Assembly (NCBI GenBank): GCA_965240325.2
Contig: OZ251228.1
Span: forward strand, 1,364,001-1,428,000
Length of the DNA stretch: 64,000 nt
Reading direction: 5' to 3'
Origin: Rebecca billardiae RCC1528
Lineage: Eukaryota; Protista; Haptophyta
Part shown: positions 46,897 to 57,298 of the stretch, piece by piece
Numbering within the stretch: position 1 is the first letter of the stretch
Layout: each line of letters starts with the position of its first letter
Position numbers and translations under genes: made by a program
Notes under the pieces: model-generated
Database searches by the model: none
What the model was told of the DNA's origin: nothing
Seen by the model: only the letters and a program-made list of their open reading frames with translations

Positions 46897-48051
46897 TCAA
46901 GCTTTGAGCGCATTGCGGAACTCGCCAAACGCGCCGACGACCGCGGCGGTCTGCACCTTCTCGTTGGTGCCGACTGCGAGGCGCTCCTCGGACGAGGCGA
47001 GGGAGATGATCATCTGCACCTGCACGGTTTTGTCTGGCACGTCCAGCTTGAGCACATACTGGTGCAGCTCGGTCACGATGTCCACGAGCGCCAGACCCCG
47101 CTCGGCAGAGATCTCGCGCACGCGAGCGAACGCGTGTGCAAAGTCGTCACTGAGAAGGCTCTTGAGGATAGCCTCGATGTCCTCGGGCTGTGGCTTGCCC
47201 GTGCACTGGTACACACTCGTCTTGTCCACCACAGGGGCCTGCGCGCCGGGCGGCCGATCGCACGGCGGTGGTGGAGGAGCGATCGCACGGTGGTGGAGGA
47301 GCGATCGCACCGTGAGCTGTGGAGGAGCGATCGCACGCGCGCGCGTCGCACGGGCGCGCGAGCGCGCGCGCACCGACATGGCGGTCGACTGCAAGATGTT
47401 GAGGCAGCGGCGCATGTCACCCGTCCCCAAGCTGACGCATGCGTCGATGCCGTCGGCGGTGTACGACACCCCCTCGGCGTCCGCGATTTCTGTCGTGCGC
47501 GCCGTCGCCTGCTCGGTGCTGAGCGGCGCAAACCGGAAGCGCGTGCAGCGCGACTGGAGCGCCGGGATGATCTTGTTGCTGTAGTTGCAGATCATGCAGA
47601 AGCGCGCGTTGCGGATGAACTTCTCCATCACGCGGCGCAGCGCCATCTGCGCTGCGTTCGTCATCGCGTCCGCCTCGTCGAGGATGATGAGCTTGGGCGC
47701 GGAGCTGAACATGTTCTTCGTGCCCGCGAAGCTCTTGATCGTGTCGCGCACGACGTCGATGCCTCTGTCGTCGGAGGCATTCAGCTCGAGCACCATCTTG
47801 CCGTAGTTCTGCTTGTACAGCTGGTGCGCGCACGCGATAATCGTCGACGTCTTGCCCGTGCCGGGCGGGCCGTAGAAGAGCAGGTTTGGCAGCTTGTTGG
47901 CCGCGATCAGCGAGTTGATCGTGCTGATGATCTCCTCGTGCGCGACGAGCTGATCCATCGACTTTGGGCGGTACTTCTCCACCCAAGGCAGGTTGTCATC
48001 GCTCGCCTTCGCCAGCTGCGCGTCCAGCGCCGAGCCCGCCCCATCCGACAT
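46897..48051 (-). CDS. RFC5: Replication factor C small subunit (human RFC5/yeast Rfc3 type); in-frame intron 47239-47373
   Basis: LPWVEKYRP, GPPGTGKT, ELNASDDRGIDVVR, DEADAMT, ALQSRCTRFRF. Confidence 0.92.
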   Translation of the reverse strand: MSDGAGSALDAQLAKASDDNLPWVEKYRPKSMDQLVAHEEIISTINSLIAANKLPNLLFYGPPGTGKTSTIIACAHQLYKQNYGKMVLELNASDDRGIDVVRDTIKSFAGTKNMFSSAPKLIILDEADAMTNAAQMALRRVMEKFIRNARFCMICNYSNKIIPALQSRCTRFRFAPLSTEQATARTTEIADAEGVSYTADGIDACVSLGTGDMRRCLNILQSTAMSVRARSRARATRARAIAPPQLTVRSLLHHRAIAPPPPPCDRPPGAQAPVVDKTSVYQCTGKPQPEDIEAILKSLLSDDFAHAFARVREISAERGLALVDIVTELHQYVLKLDVPDKTVQVQMIISLASSEERLAVGTNEKVQTAAVVGAFGEFRNALKA

Positions 48052-48191
48052 GGCGCCTCACCGCGCGTGCCCGCCTTCGCGATGAGCCAACGGTGGACAG
48101 CGTGCGCGCTCCCGGCGCTCGCCAGCGGCAGCCTCTGCGCTCGCGATAGCTCTACTCAAACCCGGACTCGGAGTCCGGGCCGGAGGGGACA

Positions 48192-48953
48192 ATGGCACCT
48201 AAGCGTAAGCGAGCTTCCGCCGTCGCCGACGCGGGGCCGAAGGCGCCGCGCGATGCGCAGCGCGTGCAGCAGCTGCTCGAGGCGATGGGCGTGCGCAGCT
48301 ACGAGCCGATCGTCACACAGCAGCTGCTGGAGTTCATGCACAGTACGTCGCCGCACTCTGCACGCGCGCGCGCGCGCGTGCGCGCACGGGCACGACTCAC
48401 ACATCGCGCGCGCGCGCCGCGCGTGCGCGCAGGATATATTGCGGAGGTCTTTGACGACGCGCTAGACTACACGGAGCATGCAGGCCGAAGCGAGATCAGC
48501 GTGGAGGACACGCGGCTCGCGATCTCCATCGCGGCGCTGACGGGCGACATCAGGCGACGCCCGCTCCCAGGGATGCTCGCGGACATGGCGGCGGTGTGCA
48601 ACCGCAAGAAGCTCCCTGAGACGTCCAGGCAGCGCCAGCTCCCGGGTCCGCGCGACAGCTTCGTGCACGACGGGCACACGCGCAACTGGCAAGTGGTTGT
48701 CCCTGCGCGCCAGCAGGCGCGCGCAGTGCCTGAGTTCACAGCGCTGCCCGGTGCGGCCGAGGCCGACCAACGACAGCGGCAGTCGGCCAAGCGCATCGAG
48801 GTGCGCCTTGCACCTCCGGGCGTCGCGCCCGCGGAGCGCGCGCAGCCGCCGCCCGTGAATCTGCAGGACATCCTCGCGAAGAGGGCGGCCGCGCAGCCCA
48901 ACACGGACTATGACGACGACGACGACATGTGGGACGACGAGAGGGAAGCGTGA
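48192..48953 (+). CDS. TAF9: TFIID/SAGA subunit TAF9; intron 48343-48432
   Basis: PRDAQ..LL.AMGV..YEP.V..QLLEFMH|RY...DA..Y.EHAG..I...D.RLAI histone fold. Confidence 0.88.
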   Translation: MAPKRKRASAVADAGPKAPRDAQRVQQLLEAMGVRSYEPIVTQQLLEFMHSTSPHSARARARVRARARLTHRARAPRVRAGYIAEVFDDALDYTEHAGRSEISVEDTRLAISIAALTGDIRRRPLPGMLADMAAVCNRKKLPETSRQRQLPGPRDSFVHDGHTRNWQVVVPARQQARAVPEFTALPGAAEADQRQRQSAKRIEVRLAPPGVAPAERAQPPPVNLQDILAKRAAAQPNTDYDDDDDMWDDEREA

Positions 48954-49454
48954 TGCGATCGATCCGCGCAGCCTGTCTGAGACTGCGCGTTGCATGACCC
49001 AGGGTTGCGCACGCGGATGCACGCGTGCCTGCAAGTCTGGGCCACATGGCGTGCACTTTCGAAGCCCGGAGGGCGAGCTGTGCCCCCGCGCAGCCTACCT
49101 GGCAATCCGCGAGGCCGCGACGGCTGTCTGCTTAGCCAGCATGGTCACGCTCAGTGATCCCGTCGTCGTCCTTTTCAGACGGCTTGGAAATTCTGAAAAT
49201 AATGCGCCGCGCGCGACGAAAAACAATGTTCAAGCAGTGTCTCCGGCTACTTAAACACGTTAAAACAAATAAACTGTACCGCGCCGCCATCCTGGAACCC
49301 TCCCCGCCGCGGTACAACGCGGCGGCGCTTTGACGCGGGCGCACGGGCCTAGGGCGAGATCACGGCTGACAGCGAGCGCGCGCCTCGGCGCTTTGCCCGC
49401 GCCGTCGTCGCAAGTGTCGCCCTTGCGATCGCTGTCGCGCTCGCGTGCAATGCG

Positions 49455-50624
49455 GTGGGCCTGACCGCCGCGCTGCGCGCTGGGGCGGCGCATGCGTGGC
49501 CGACGGCCGACGCAACGCCACGCGACGAGTGCGCGACGACCGGCGCGATGGTGGCGGCGGCACCGGTCCCCGACTTCAGCGACGGGTCGTCTGGCCCGCC
49601 CGCACACCTGAGCGACGCCGAGCTCGCCTCGGCGCTCGCCCGGCCGCGCTCCGGCCACTGCTACGTCGCGGCCAACCAGTCGACGCTACCGCCGTACTAC
49701 CGCTCCAACATCTACCACCAGTCCGAGTTCGTGTGGCCGATGGTCGAGACGGCGATGGCGTCGCTCGCGCCCCCGTCGCACGTGCTCTGGACATCGCGCA
49801 TGATGGAGTGGAGCGCGTCTGTCTTCAGCCTGCTGCTGCCAAACACGACGCTCGTGGCGCCGCGCGCCGCGATCACGGCGATGCGGTGCAGGCAGGAGCT
49901 CTGCCCGCACGGGCGGCGCGTGCGCTTCCGAGCGGTGGGGCCGACCGGCGGGAAGCGCGGGTACTTTGCGAGCCCGAGCACGCCGCCGCGCGTGCGCGCC
50001 CTCGTCATGCGCGCGTGCGGGCTGCCCCAGCCCACGGTGGGCCCGAGGCTGCGTGTGGTGCACCTGGTACGGTACGTTGCGGCCGGTCGGAACACGTCTG
50101 CGCGCGCCGGCCGGCGGCAGATGATCGACGAGGAGGAGGTGCACGCGACGATCCGCGCGCTCGCGCCCGACGCCGAGCTCGTCGTGCGCACCTCGCCGGC
50201 CGGCGGCTCGGTGTGCGAGCAGGTGCGCTGGCTCGACGGCGTGGGCGTCGTGCTCACAGCGCACGGCTCGCAGCTGAACAATCTCGTCTTTGCGCCGCCA
50301 GGGCTGCTGCTGCTCGAGGTGCTGCCGTGGGGCCTCGCGGGGTACCCGGGGCACCGCGCGATGCTGAGGTACTCGGGCATCCGCCACGTGCAGCTCGGCT
50401 CGATGCGACCCCCGGCGCACGAGAGCGGCCCGTTCGCCAACGTCAGTCGGGAGCGGGACTGCACGCCGCAGAGCGGCTGCCTCGGCTGGCATCGTGACCG
50501 TGCCAACATCTACGTCAACGCGAGCGAGCTCGGAGCGGTGCTGGAGCGTGAGCTGCCTGCGGTGCGCGCGGCGGCGCGCGGCGCGACGGACGGACACGGG
50601 TCCGCGGGGGCGGCCCGGCGGTGA
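49455..50624 (+). CDS. Glycosyltransferase family 61 (DUF563)-like protein; start uncertain (first ATG 49548)
   Basis: NIYH, RQMIDEEEV, EQVRW...VVLTAHGSQLNNLVFAPPG..LLEVLP. Confidence 0.75.
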   Translation: MGLTAALRAGAAHAWPTADATPRDECATTGAMVAAAPVPDFSDGSSGPPAHLSDAELASALARPRSGHCYVAANQSTLPPYYRSNIYHQSEFVWPMVETAMASLAPPSHVLWTSRMMEWSASVFSLLLPNTTLVAPRAAITAMRCRQELCPHGRRVRFRAVGPTGGKRGYFASPSTPPRVRALVMRACGLPQPTVGPRLRVVHLVRYVAAGRNTSARAGRRQMIDEEEVHATIRALAPDAELVVRTSPAGGSVCEQVRWLDGVGVVLTAHGSQLNNLVFAPPGLLLLEVLPWGLAGYPGHRAMLRYSGIRHVQLGSMRPPAHESGPFANVSRERDCTPQSGCLGWHRDRANIYVNASELGAVLERELPAVRAAARGATDGHGSAGAARR

Positions 50625-50732
50625 CATCGACGACGGTTGACGTTGTAGCAAGGCCCTTGATCTGCCGACAATCTGCTTCAAGTCTGCTCTAAATTCGGCT
50701 GTGCTATCATACATGCATCAGTTTAGTTATGA

Positions 50733-53313
50733 TAGTCGTGTGCTTCGGCGAGGACGCCTGGTGGTCTTGCGCGCGGAGTTTCAAGTTAGGCGTCGTCATC
50801 ATCATGAGTACAATTTCGTGTTTGACGTAAGGCTCAAGAGTAGCCTATGATATAATTCGCGAACTGGGTCTGAGAGCTGATTGACCCCGTCTTTAGTGTA
50901 CGAACTTCGGGGTTTTTGAGACGAATTCTCATTCTCGTTCCAGATTGGCTACATTTTACCCGGTTTCACCCATTCCCCAGGAGCTCATACCGGTAATGGT
51001 GCCAGATCGTGCGCGAAACGGTATTTTCACGGTTCAGATAGTATGCAAAACACATCGAAAAACCGATTGATGGCGCTTCATGTCAATATTACGACATAGT
51101 GGTTTGCGCTGTTGGGGCAATATGATGCATCGTGATCACATATGTGCTGCACAATAGCAGTCGTAGATCACAATTCAGAATGTGGAATCAAGGCACACAC
51201 CGTCAATACTGAAATTGTCGTGAGGATGTGCGCAACATCGAATCAACGCGCACGCTTTCAATATACCGAGAGTGTCATGAGGATGCACGTAAACGCACGA
51301 ACGTCGATGCCCAGTGCTGCCAGAGGCCGCTCGAGCGACTTCGTGTCTGGCGAGGCAGATCGCGCCAGTGCGTGGCCGGAGGCAGACGCTCGCCTGCCTC
51401 GCCGCTTGGCGAGGCAGCTAAGCTAGTAAAGCCGCGGCGGAACTTTACGAAAACCAAGCCCGTCTTTACCCCGTCCGTTTAGTGTACGAACTTCGGGGTT
51501 TTTGCCCGTACACAGACACGTGAGGTGGATTCAGAACGGGTGTCTCGAGGTCACGCCGTCACCGATCGTAGCCACATAAGCCATTGCATGGAAGAGCTGC
51601 GCTCACGGAGATCGCGCACGTGTCATCAGCGCGCTACTAGACCATCACCATCGAGTGCAGTTTAGTTATAATGATACAGGTCGCTGCTTCAACTTTCGGA
51701 CCCGATTGCTGTTCACTTTTTGTGCACGATGGCGGCGGCGCCCCCGGGGGTCTGCGGCGCTCGAGATCGCGTCTGGCGGCACCCCCAGGGTGTGCCTGAG
51801 GTACAACCCAGCGGCTATGTACCATTTAGACGACTTTGTTCCACTACCATGTGCCCCACGGACGCCACGAGGTCCACGACGGGGCCGCCGACGGCATGCT
51901 TCAACTTTCGGACCCGCGGGCTCTCAGCGCGCGCGCCGAGTCAGAGCCGCTGCCTGGTGAGCCGTGTGAGTCGGGCTAACGGCATCATGCATTCTAGACA
52001 TAACATACATGCAGTAGACCACCTCAGGAACGGACGAACATGCTCACTCAGCTTCCGCGCTAGCCGCCCAGACGGCAGCTGCGGCTGCGCCGCCGCGGGC
52101 ACCGTCGACCACTTTCGGACCGCATGCTCTCAGCATGCACGCGGAGTCTGCTAGCAGCTGCGGCCTGGTAGGCCATTTGCGTCGGGCTGACGGCATCATA
52201 CATTCCAGACATCACGTGCGTGTAGCATCCAACCCCAGGGGCAGGTAAGCATGCTCACCAGGCGACTGTCGATGTCAGCTCCAGACCCTGCGCCGCGGGC
52301 ACCGTCCGGCGTTCGCCGTCGACGTCGACCTGGTGAACTTTCGGACCGCCGGCCAGCACGCGCACGCGCCGCCTCCGCCTCCTTCTGCGCAGTTCGCGCG
52401 GCCTTCTTCTGGTTGAATTCCCGCAACGACCACGAGTCATTCTGGCCATCATTGAGCCGCATGTTGTCCGGCTTCGGCGCGGCGACCTCTACGGCGGGCA
52501 CAGGAAGGATACCGAGCTGGTCGGCGAGCTCAGCCGCGTCGAACCTCACCGCCTCAGCCTAGCGCACGTCATCAAGTTCGGCCTCGTGCTGCTCACGAAG
52601 GCGCGCGAGCTTGGCGGCCTGGCGTGCCGACTACTGCTTGGGAAGCTCAACGTTGGCGCGGAAGGCTGGAGCAGTCTTCCAGCGCATCCCCGCCGGCGTG
52701 GCTGTGAACACACTCAACTTCGATGATGAGAGCGTGCCAGAGGGCTCGTTGTCGTCGGCTGAGCACGCAGCCGCGCGCCCCAACACCACCGCATGGCAGC
52801 CGCCTTCTGGGCAACTACCGCGCGCTATATCTTGTAGATCTCCGCTTTCGCGCCTCAACCGAGTACGGCTTGACGCCCTTAGCCGCCTTCATCGAGGCGC
52901 TTGCGCTGGGCCCGGCCGGCGCGCACAGCGTAAGCGCGGGCGTACCGATCAGCGCAGCGCCTGAGCTGTGAGCGGCCGAGGACGATGCCAGCAGGCACCG
53001 CGACCCGACTGGTAACGTATAGTGACGGGCACGTCACCCCACGCGCCGACAGGCTGCTCAGCCCTGCCGCGGCGCGCCCGCCACGCACCCGCCGATGAGC
53101 GAGCCACTGTCGCCATCGCCCGGGTCCGAAAAACGAAGCAGTCCGAAAAACGAAGCAGCGACCTGTAGTCGTGTGCTTCGGCGAGGACGCCTGGTGGTCT
53201 TGCGCGCGGAGTTTCAAGTTAGGCGTCATCATCATGAGTACAATTTCGTGTTTGACGTAAGGCTCAAGAGTAGCCTATGATATAATTCGCGAACTGGGTC
53301 TGAGAGCTGATTG
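50733..53313. mobile_element. Degraded TE-like segment bounded by ~150-bp direct repeats (50733-50883 and 53166-53313)
   Basis: The repeats differ by a 3-bp indel. The interior has repeated ACTTTCGGACC motifs, a duplicated TTTAGTGTACGAACTTCGGGGTTTTTG and interrupted ORF fragments. Confidence 0.5.
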
Positions 53314-53431
53314 GCCCGCCACTGAGAGCCACCTATTGGTTGTGTACCCCCGGCGCCCGAGTAGTGCTCGCCAGCCTGCGCTACTTTGCAGTTGGCCAGC
53401 TCCGGCGACCGGCGCTCCCTGCGGGAGAGCG

Positions 53432-56400
53432 ATGACACCACTCGCCCGCGTGGCGCTCGTGCTGCTGGCGCCGCTCGCCGTGCCCCTAGGCGCTCGCGGC
53501 GCGTCCGTCCCGCCGTGCTCGGGGTCGGAGGTCGAGCTCGACATCGAGGCGAGCAACGAGCAGGAGGACAACATCGAGGCAAACGGCGTGGGCAGCATCA
53601 CGCTTGCGCAGATCGGTGCGGACGGGGGGGGCAATGATGTGACGCTCGTGATCACCACGGTGGGCGCGTACACCCGGCCGGCCGGAGAAGATGCCGGCAA
53701 GCTCGATGTTCTCGTGGCCCCCAACCCGACATTGAACTACGTCATCATCCCGCAGCAGATCGGCACGCAGGTCCGGCTGCGGCTGGAGTTCTTCGACCAG
53801 TTTTCAGGCGCGCCAGTGGTGCTGTCCGGCTTCTCGTTCTCGGCCGTAGACATCGATGGCGACACGGTCTCAGGCGACGAGGTGTACGACTACATGTGCG
53901 TGCACGACTTGGCGAGCAACGGCGGCGCATACGCGCTGTCAGGCGCAGGCACAGACCTCGAGGCAATCGAGGTGACTGGCGGCACCGGTGGCCGAGCAGG
54001 GGGGTTATGCGCCGCAGGTGACACGTACATCGGCGCGCAGACCGCCTCCAACCATAACTCCGACTTCGGCACCTACCCGCCCGCCGGCGTTGACGACATG
54101 AAGTATGCAGCCAGGCTGACCTACTCCTCGCCTCCCACGTCGTCGGTGGAGATCACGCTAGGCTCAACGTGCGAGCCGAATTGCGACAACACCGGCGGAG
54201 GGAATCGCGCTCCTGTCTTGACAGGCTTCCTCTTGGTCGAGGGGGCCTGCCCGCCGCCATCGCCGCCCGCCCCGCCGTCGTTGTGTGATCTCAACGAGAT
54301 CGCAGATGGCGTGCCGCTTCCGCCAGGCGTTCTGTCTTTCGCCGGCCCGCATGCCAACATCACGCTCGCGTGCGACAACGGCGCGGGCAACTTCACGTGC
54401 TCGAACGACGACGATGGCAACTTCGAGGCGTGTGTGCCGCACGGCGGTGGTGACGGGGCGTTCGTGCAGGCTGGCGTTGTGTGCACCTCCTGGTGCGTGG
54501 ACAGCCCCGAGACCCAGATGCAGCTGTATCCGCCGACCACTGTCACGGTGGATGACTGCGGGACGCCTGGCAATCCAACCTTCACGTTGAACCCCGCATC
54601 AGGTGAAGCCTTCCCGTGCGCGCCGTACCCACCGTCCCCGCCGCCCTCCCCGCCGCCCTCCCCGCCGCCCTCGCCACCTCCGTCGCCACCGCCGAGCCCG
54701 CCTCCGTCGCCGACTCCGTCGCCACCGCCATCGCCACCGCCGCCTCCGTCGCCACCGCCGAGCCCGCCACCCTCGCCGCCTCCGTTGCCACCGCCACCGC
54801 CGCCTCCGCCTCCGTCGCCACCGCCGAGCCCGCCGCCCTCGCCGCCTCCGCCGCCCTCGCCGCCGCCCTCGCCGCCTCCGCCGCCAGCGCCGCCACCGTC
54901 ACCACCGCCGAGCCCGCCGCCCTTGCCGCCTCCGTCGCCACCGCCATCGCCACCGCCGCCTCCGTCGCCACCGCCGAGCCCGCCGCCCTCGCCGCCTCCG
55001 TCGCCACCGCCATCGCCACCGCCGCCTCCGTCGCCACCGCCGAGCCCGCCGCCCTCACCGCCTCCGTCGCCACCGCCGAGCCCGCCACCCTCGCCGCCTC
55101 CGCCGCCACCGCCATCGCCCTCGCCACCTCCGTTGCCACCGTCGCCACCGCCGAGCCCGCCGCCCTCGCCACCTCCGTCGCCACCGTCGCCACCGCCGAG
55201 CCCGCCGCCCTTGCCGCCTCCGTCGCCACCGCCATCGCCACCGCCGCCTCCGTCGCCACCACCGAGCCCGCCGCCCTCACCGCCTCCGTCGCCACCGCCA
55301 TCGCCACCGCCGCCCTCGCCGCCGCCGCCCTTGCCGCCGCCCTCGCCACCTCCGTCGCCACCGCCATCGCCACTGCCGTCGCCACCGCCCTCGCCACCGC
55401 CACCGCCGAGCCCACCGCCCTCGCCGCCTCCATCGCCACCGCCGTTGCCACCGCCGCCTCCGTCGCCACCGCCGAGCCCGCCGCCCTCGCCGCCTCCGTC
55501 GCCACCGCCATCGCCACCGCCGGCTCCATCGCCACCGCCGAGCCCGCCGCCCTCGCCGCCTCCGTCGCCACCGCCGCCGCCCTCGCCGCCTCCGTCGCCG
55601 CCGCCACCCGCGCCGCCTCCGCCACCGCCGCCCTCGCCGCCGCCCTCGCCGCCACCGCCAGCGCCTCCTCCACTGCCGCCTCCGTCGCCACCGCCGAGCC
55701 CGCCGCCCTCGCCGCCTCCGTCGTCACCGCCACCCACGCCGCCTCCGCCACCGCCGCCCTCGCCGCCGCCCTCGCCGCCGCCGCCAGCGCCTCCTCCGCC
55801 GCCACCTCCCTCACCACCGCCGAGCCCGCCGCCTTTGGCGCCTCCGCCACCCTTGCCGCCCTCGACGCCCTCGCCGCCACCGCCACAGCCGAGCCCGCCG
55901 CCCTCGCCGCCTCCGTCGCTGCCGCCGCCGCCCTCGCCGCCTTCGTCGCCGCCGCCGCCATCGCCGTCGCCGCCGCCACCTCCCTCGCCACCGCCGCCGC
56001 CGCCATCGCCGCCACCGCAGGCAATCTGTGGTGCCACTTGCTTCTTTGTGGTACGCGCCACTCTGCCCGCACGGCCGCGTCGCAGTGCTTCCGCCTGGTA
56101 CCGCCTGCGCGCTCTCACCCGCGCCGTGCGATCGCGGCCATGGGCTGTGGCGGGCGTTATCACGCGCTCGGCCTACAGCCATACCAACAACAGTCAACAC
56201 ACCCGCGCCCATCATCCACTTCGCGCCCCGCTGACTGCGATGCCACTACTGTCTGCCTGCCTGCCTGTGCCCTGCTGCTGCGGCGCGCGCTGCCGTGCGC
56301 CTCGCCACCAGGCTGTCTTCTCGGGGCGCCGGCTGATCAAGCACGCGCTGTGCAGACTGCACGGCGGTTGCGCGGACCAGCCATCGTCGCTCCTCGGCAG

Positions 56401-56593
56401 CCGACAGCTCGCCGCGTCGGCGATGGGCGACGATGACGACGTGGAGGGCGCGATGGCGACGGCTGCTGCGGCGGCTGCCGCGGCGGCTTGGATCGCGCTG
56501 ACGGCGGCAGCGGTCGTGTCCGCCGTCGTCATTGCGAGGCGGAGGTGGAGCCGCCAGCGCAATCCAGCACCCGCTGCTCCTCTGGCAGCTTAG
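53432..56593 (+). CDS. Extensin/pherophorin-like type I membrane protein with a long Ser-Pro stalk; probable in-frame intron 56051-56311
   Basis: Signal peptide, Cys-containing globular region, about 460 aa of SPPP repeats, Cys motif, hydrophobic TM segment followed by RRRW. Confidence 0.8.
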   Translation: MTPLARVALVLLAPLAVPLGARGASVPPCSGSEVELDIEASNEQEDNIEANGVGSITLAQIGADGGGNDVTLVITTVGAYTRPAGEDAGKLDVLVAPNPTLNYVIIPQQIGTQVRLRLEFFDQFSGAPVVLSGFSFSAVDIDGDTVSGDEVYDYMCVHDLASNGGAYALSGAGTDLEAIEVTGGTGGRAGGLCAAGDTYIGAQTASNHNSDFGTYPPAGVDDMKYAARLTYSSPPTSSVEITLGSTCEPNCDNTGGGNRAPVLTGFLLVEGACPPPSPPAPPSLCDLNEIADGVPLPPGVLSFAGPHANITLACDNGAGNFTCSNDDDGNFEACVPHGGGDGAFVQAGVVCTSWCVDSPETQMQLYPPTTVTVDDCGTPGNPTFTLNPASGEAFPCAPYPPSPPPSPPPSPPPSPPPSPPPSPPPSPTPSPPPSPPPPPSPPPSPPPSPPPLPPPPPPPPPSPPPSPPPSPPPPPSPPPSPPPPPAPPPSPPPSPPPLPPPSPPPSPPPPPSPPPSPPPSPPPSPPPSPPPPPSPPPSPPPSPPPSPPPSPPPSPPPPPPPSPSPPPLPPSPPPSPPPSPPPSPPSPPPSPPPLPPPSPPPSPPPPPSPPPSPPPSPPPSPPPSPPPPSPPPPLPPPSPPPSPPPSPLPSPPPSPPPPPSPPPSPPPSPPPLPPPPPSPPPSPPPSPPPSPPPSPPPAPSPPPSPPPSPPPSPPPPPSPPPSPPPPAPPPPPPPSPPPSPPPPAPPPLPPPSPPPSPPPSPPPSSPPPTPPPPPPPSPPPSPPPPAPPPPPPPSPPPSPPPLAPPPPLPPSTPSPPPPQPSPPPSPPPSLPPPPSPPSSPPPPSPSPPPPPSPPPPPPSPPPQAICGATCFFVVRATLPARPRRSASAWYRLRALTRAVRSRPWAVAGVITRSAYSHTNNSQHTRAHHPLRAPLTAMPLLSACLPVPCCCGARCRAPRHQAVFSGRRLIKHALCRLHGGCADQPSSLLGSRQLAASAMGDDDDVEGAMATAAAAAAAAAWIALTAAAVVSAVVIARRRWSRQRNPAPAAPLAA
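54630..56017 (+). repeat. Coding (CCG/TCG)-rich Ser-Pro repeat array
   Basis: Continuous SPPP/PPPS codons. Confidence 0.95.
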
Positions 56594-56775
56594 GACCGTA
56601 GGAGCAAAGGACTTGATGGTCCTTTGGTAGGAGCGCCGGACAGTCAGATGGGTCGTCCGCCAGACCGCCCCGTCCCGACGCAGCCAGGTGACCAGCATCA
56701 TATCAACTGTCACTCAATCTGCTAGCTGATGGCGCTGCTTAGAAATAAGTCATGTCGTCAGCTAAGTATTAGCAT

Positions 56776-56782
<7 letters not shown>

Positions 56783-56837
<55 letters not shown>

Positions 56838-56861
56838 CGACGTGGTATGCAACGGGCAGGC

Positions 56862-56925
<64 letters not shown>

Positions 56926-57003
56926 TCAGTAAGAATAGAGAGCGCTAGAGAGACAGTCGAGAGAGAGAGAGAGAGACTCAGAGAGTCTCAGAGAGAGAGA
57001 GAC
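56783..57003. repeat. Two (TA)n tracts followed by GA-rich repeats
   Basis: TA runs at about 56783-56833 and 56863-56923. Confidence 0.95.
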
Positions 57004-57298
57004 GACGCGAGAGAAATGAGCAGTATAGATGCGATACTCCGTAGACGAGTACGATGAAACTTATAGCAGTAGTACAATAAGTACTTGACGTAGTACTCGT
57101 CTGTGACGAATAACTGCGACGATACGACTAAGCTATAGGAGAAGCAGTAGTAACAGCGCAGCAGTATAGCGTGCGGCGAGAGAGCTCAGAGAGCAGACGA
57201 GAGACAGAGCGAGGTCGAGATCGAGAGACAGAGACGAGAGAGAGAAGGAATGACACTGGCGAGCGGCGGACGCGGGCTGCGCAGATGATTGTCATCCA

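Noticed and set aside
47239-47373. Enrichment of in-frame, stop-free introns suggesting regulated retention
   Set aside because: About 8 of 21 modelled introns are 3n, which is the chance expectation; lack of stops follows from GC content.
54121-56436. Gly-rich and ice-nucleation/antifreeze-like (VATAEAA) ORFs
   Set aside because: Alternative frames of the Ser-Pro repeat; only the Pro frame has a signal peptide and TM segment.
56729-57057. YIYIYI ORFs
   Set aside because: Translations of (TA)n microsatellites.
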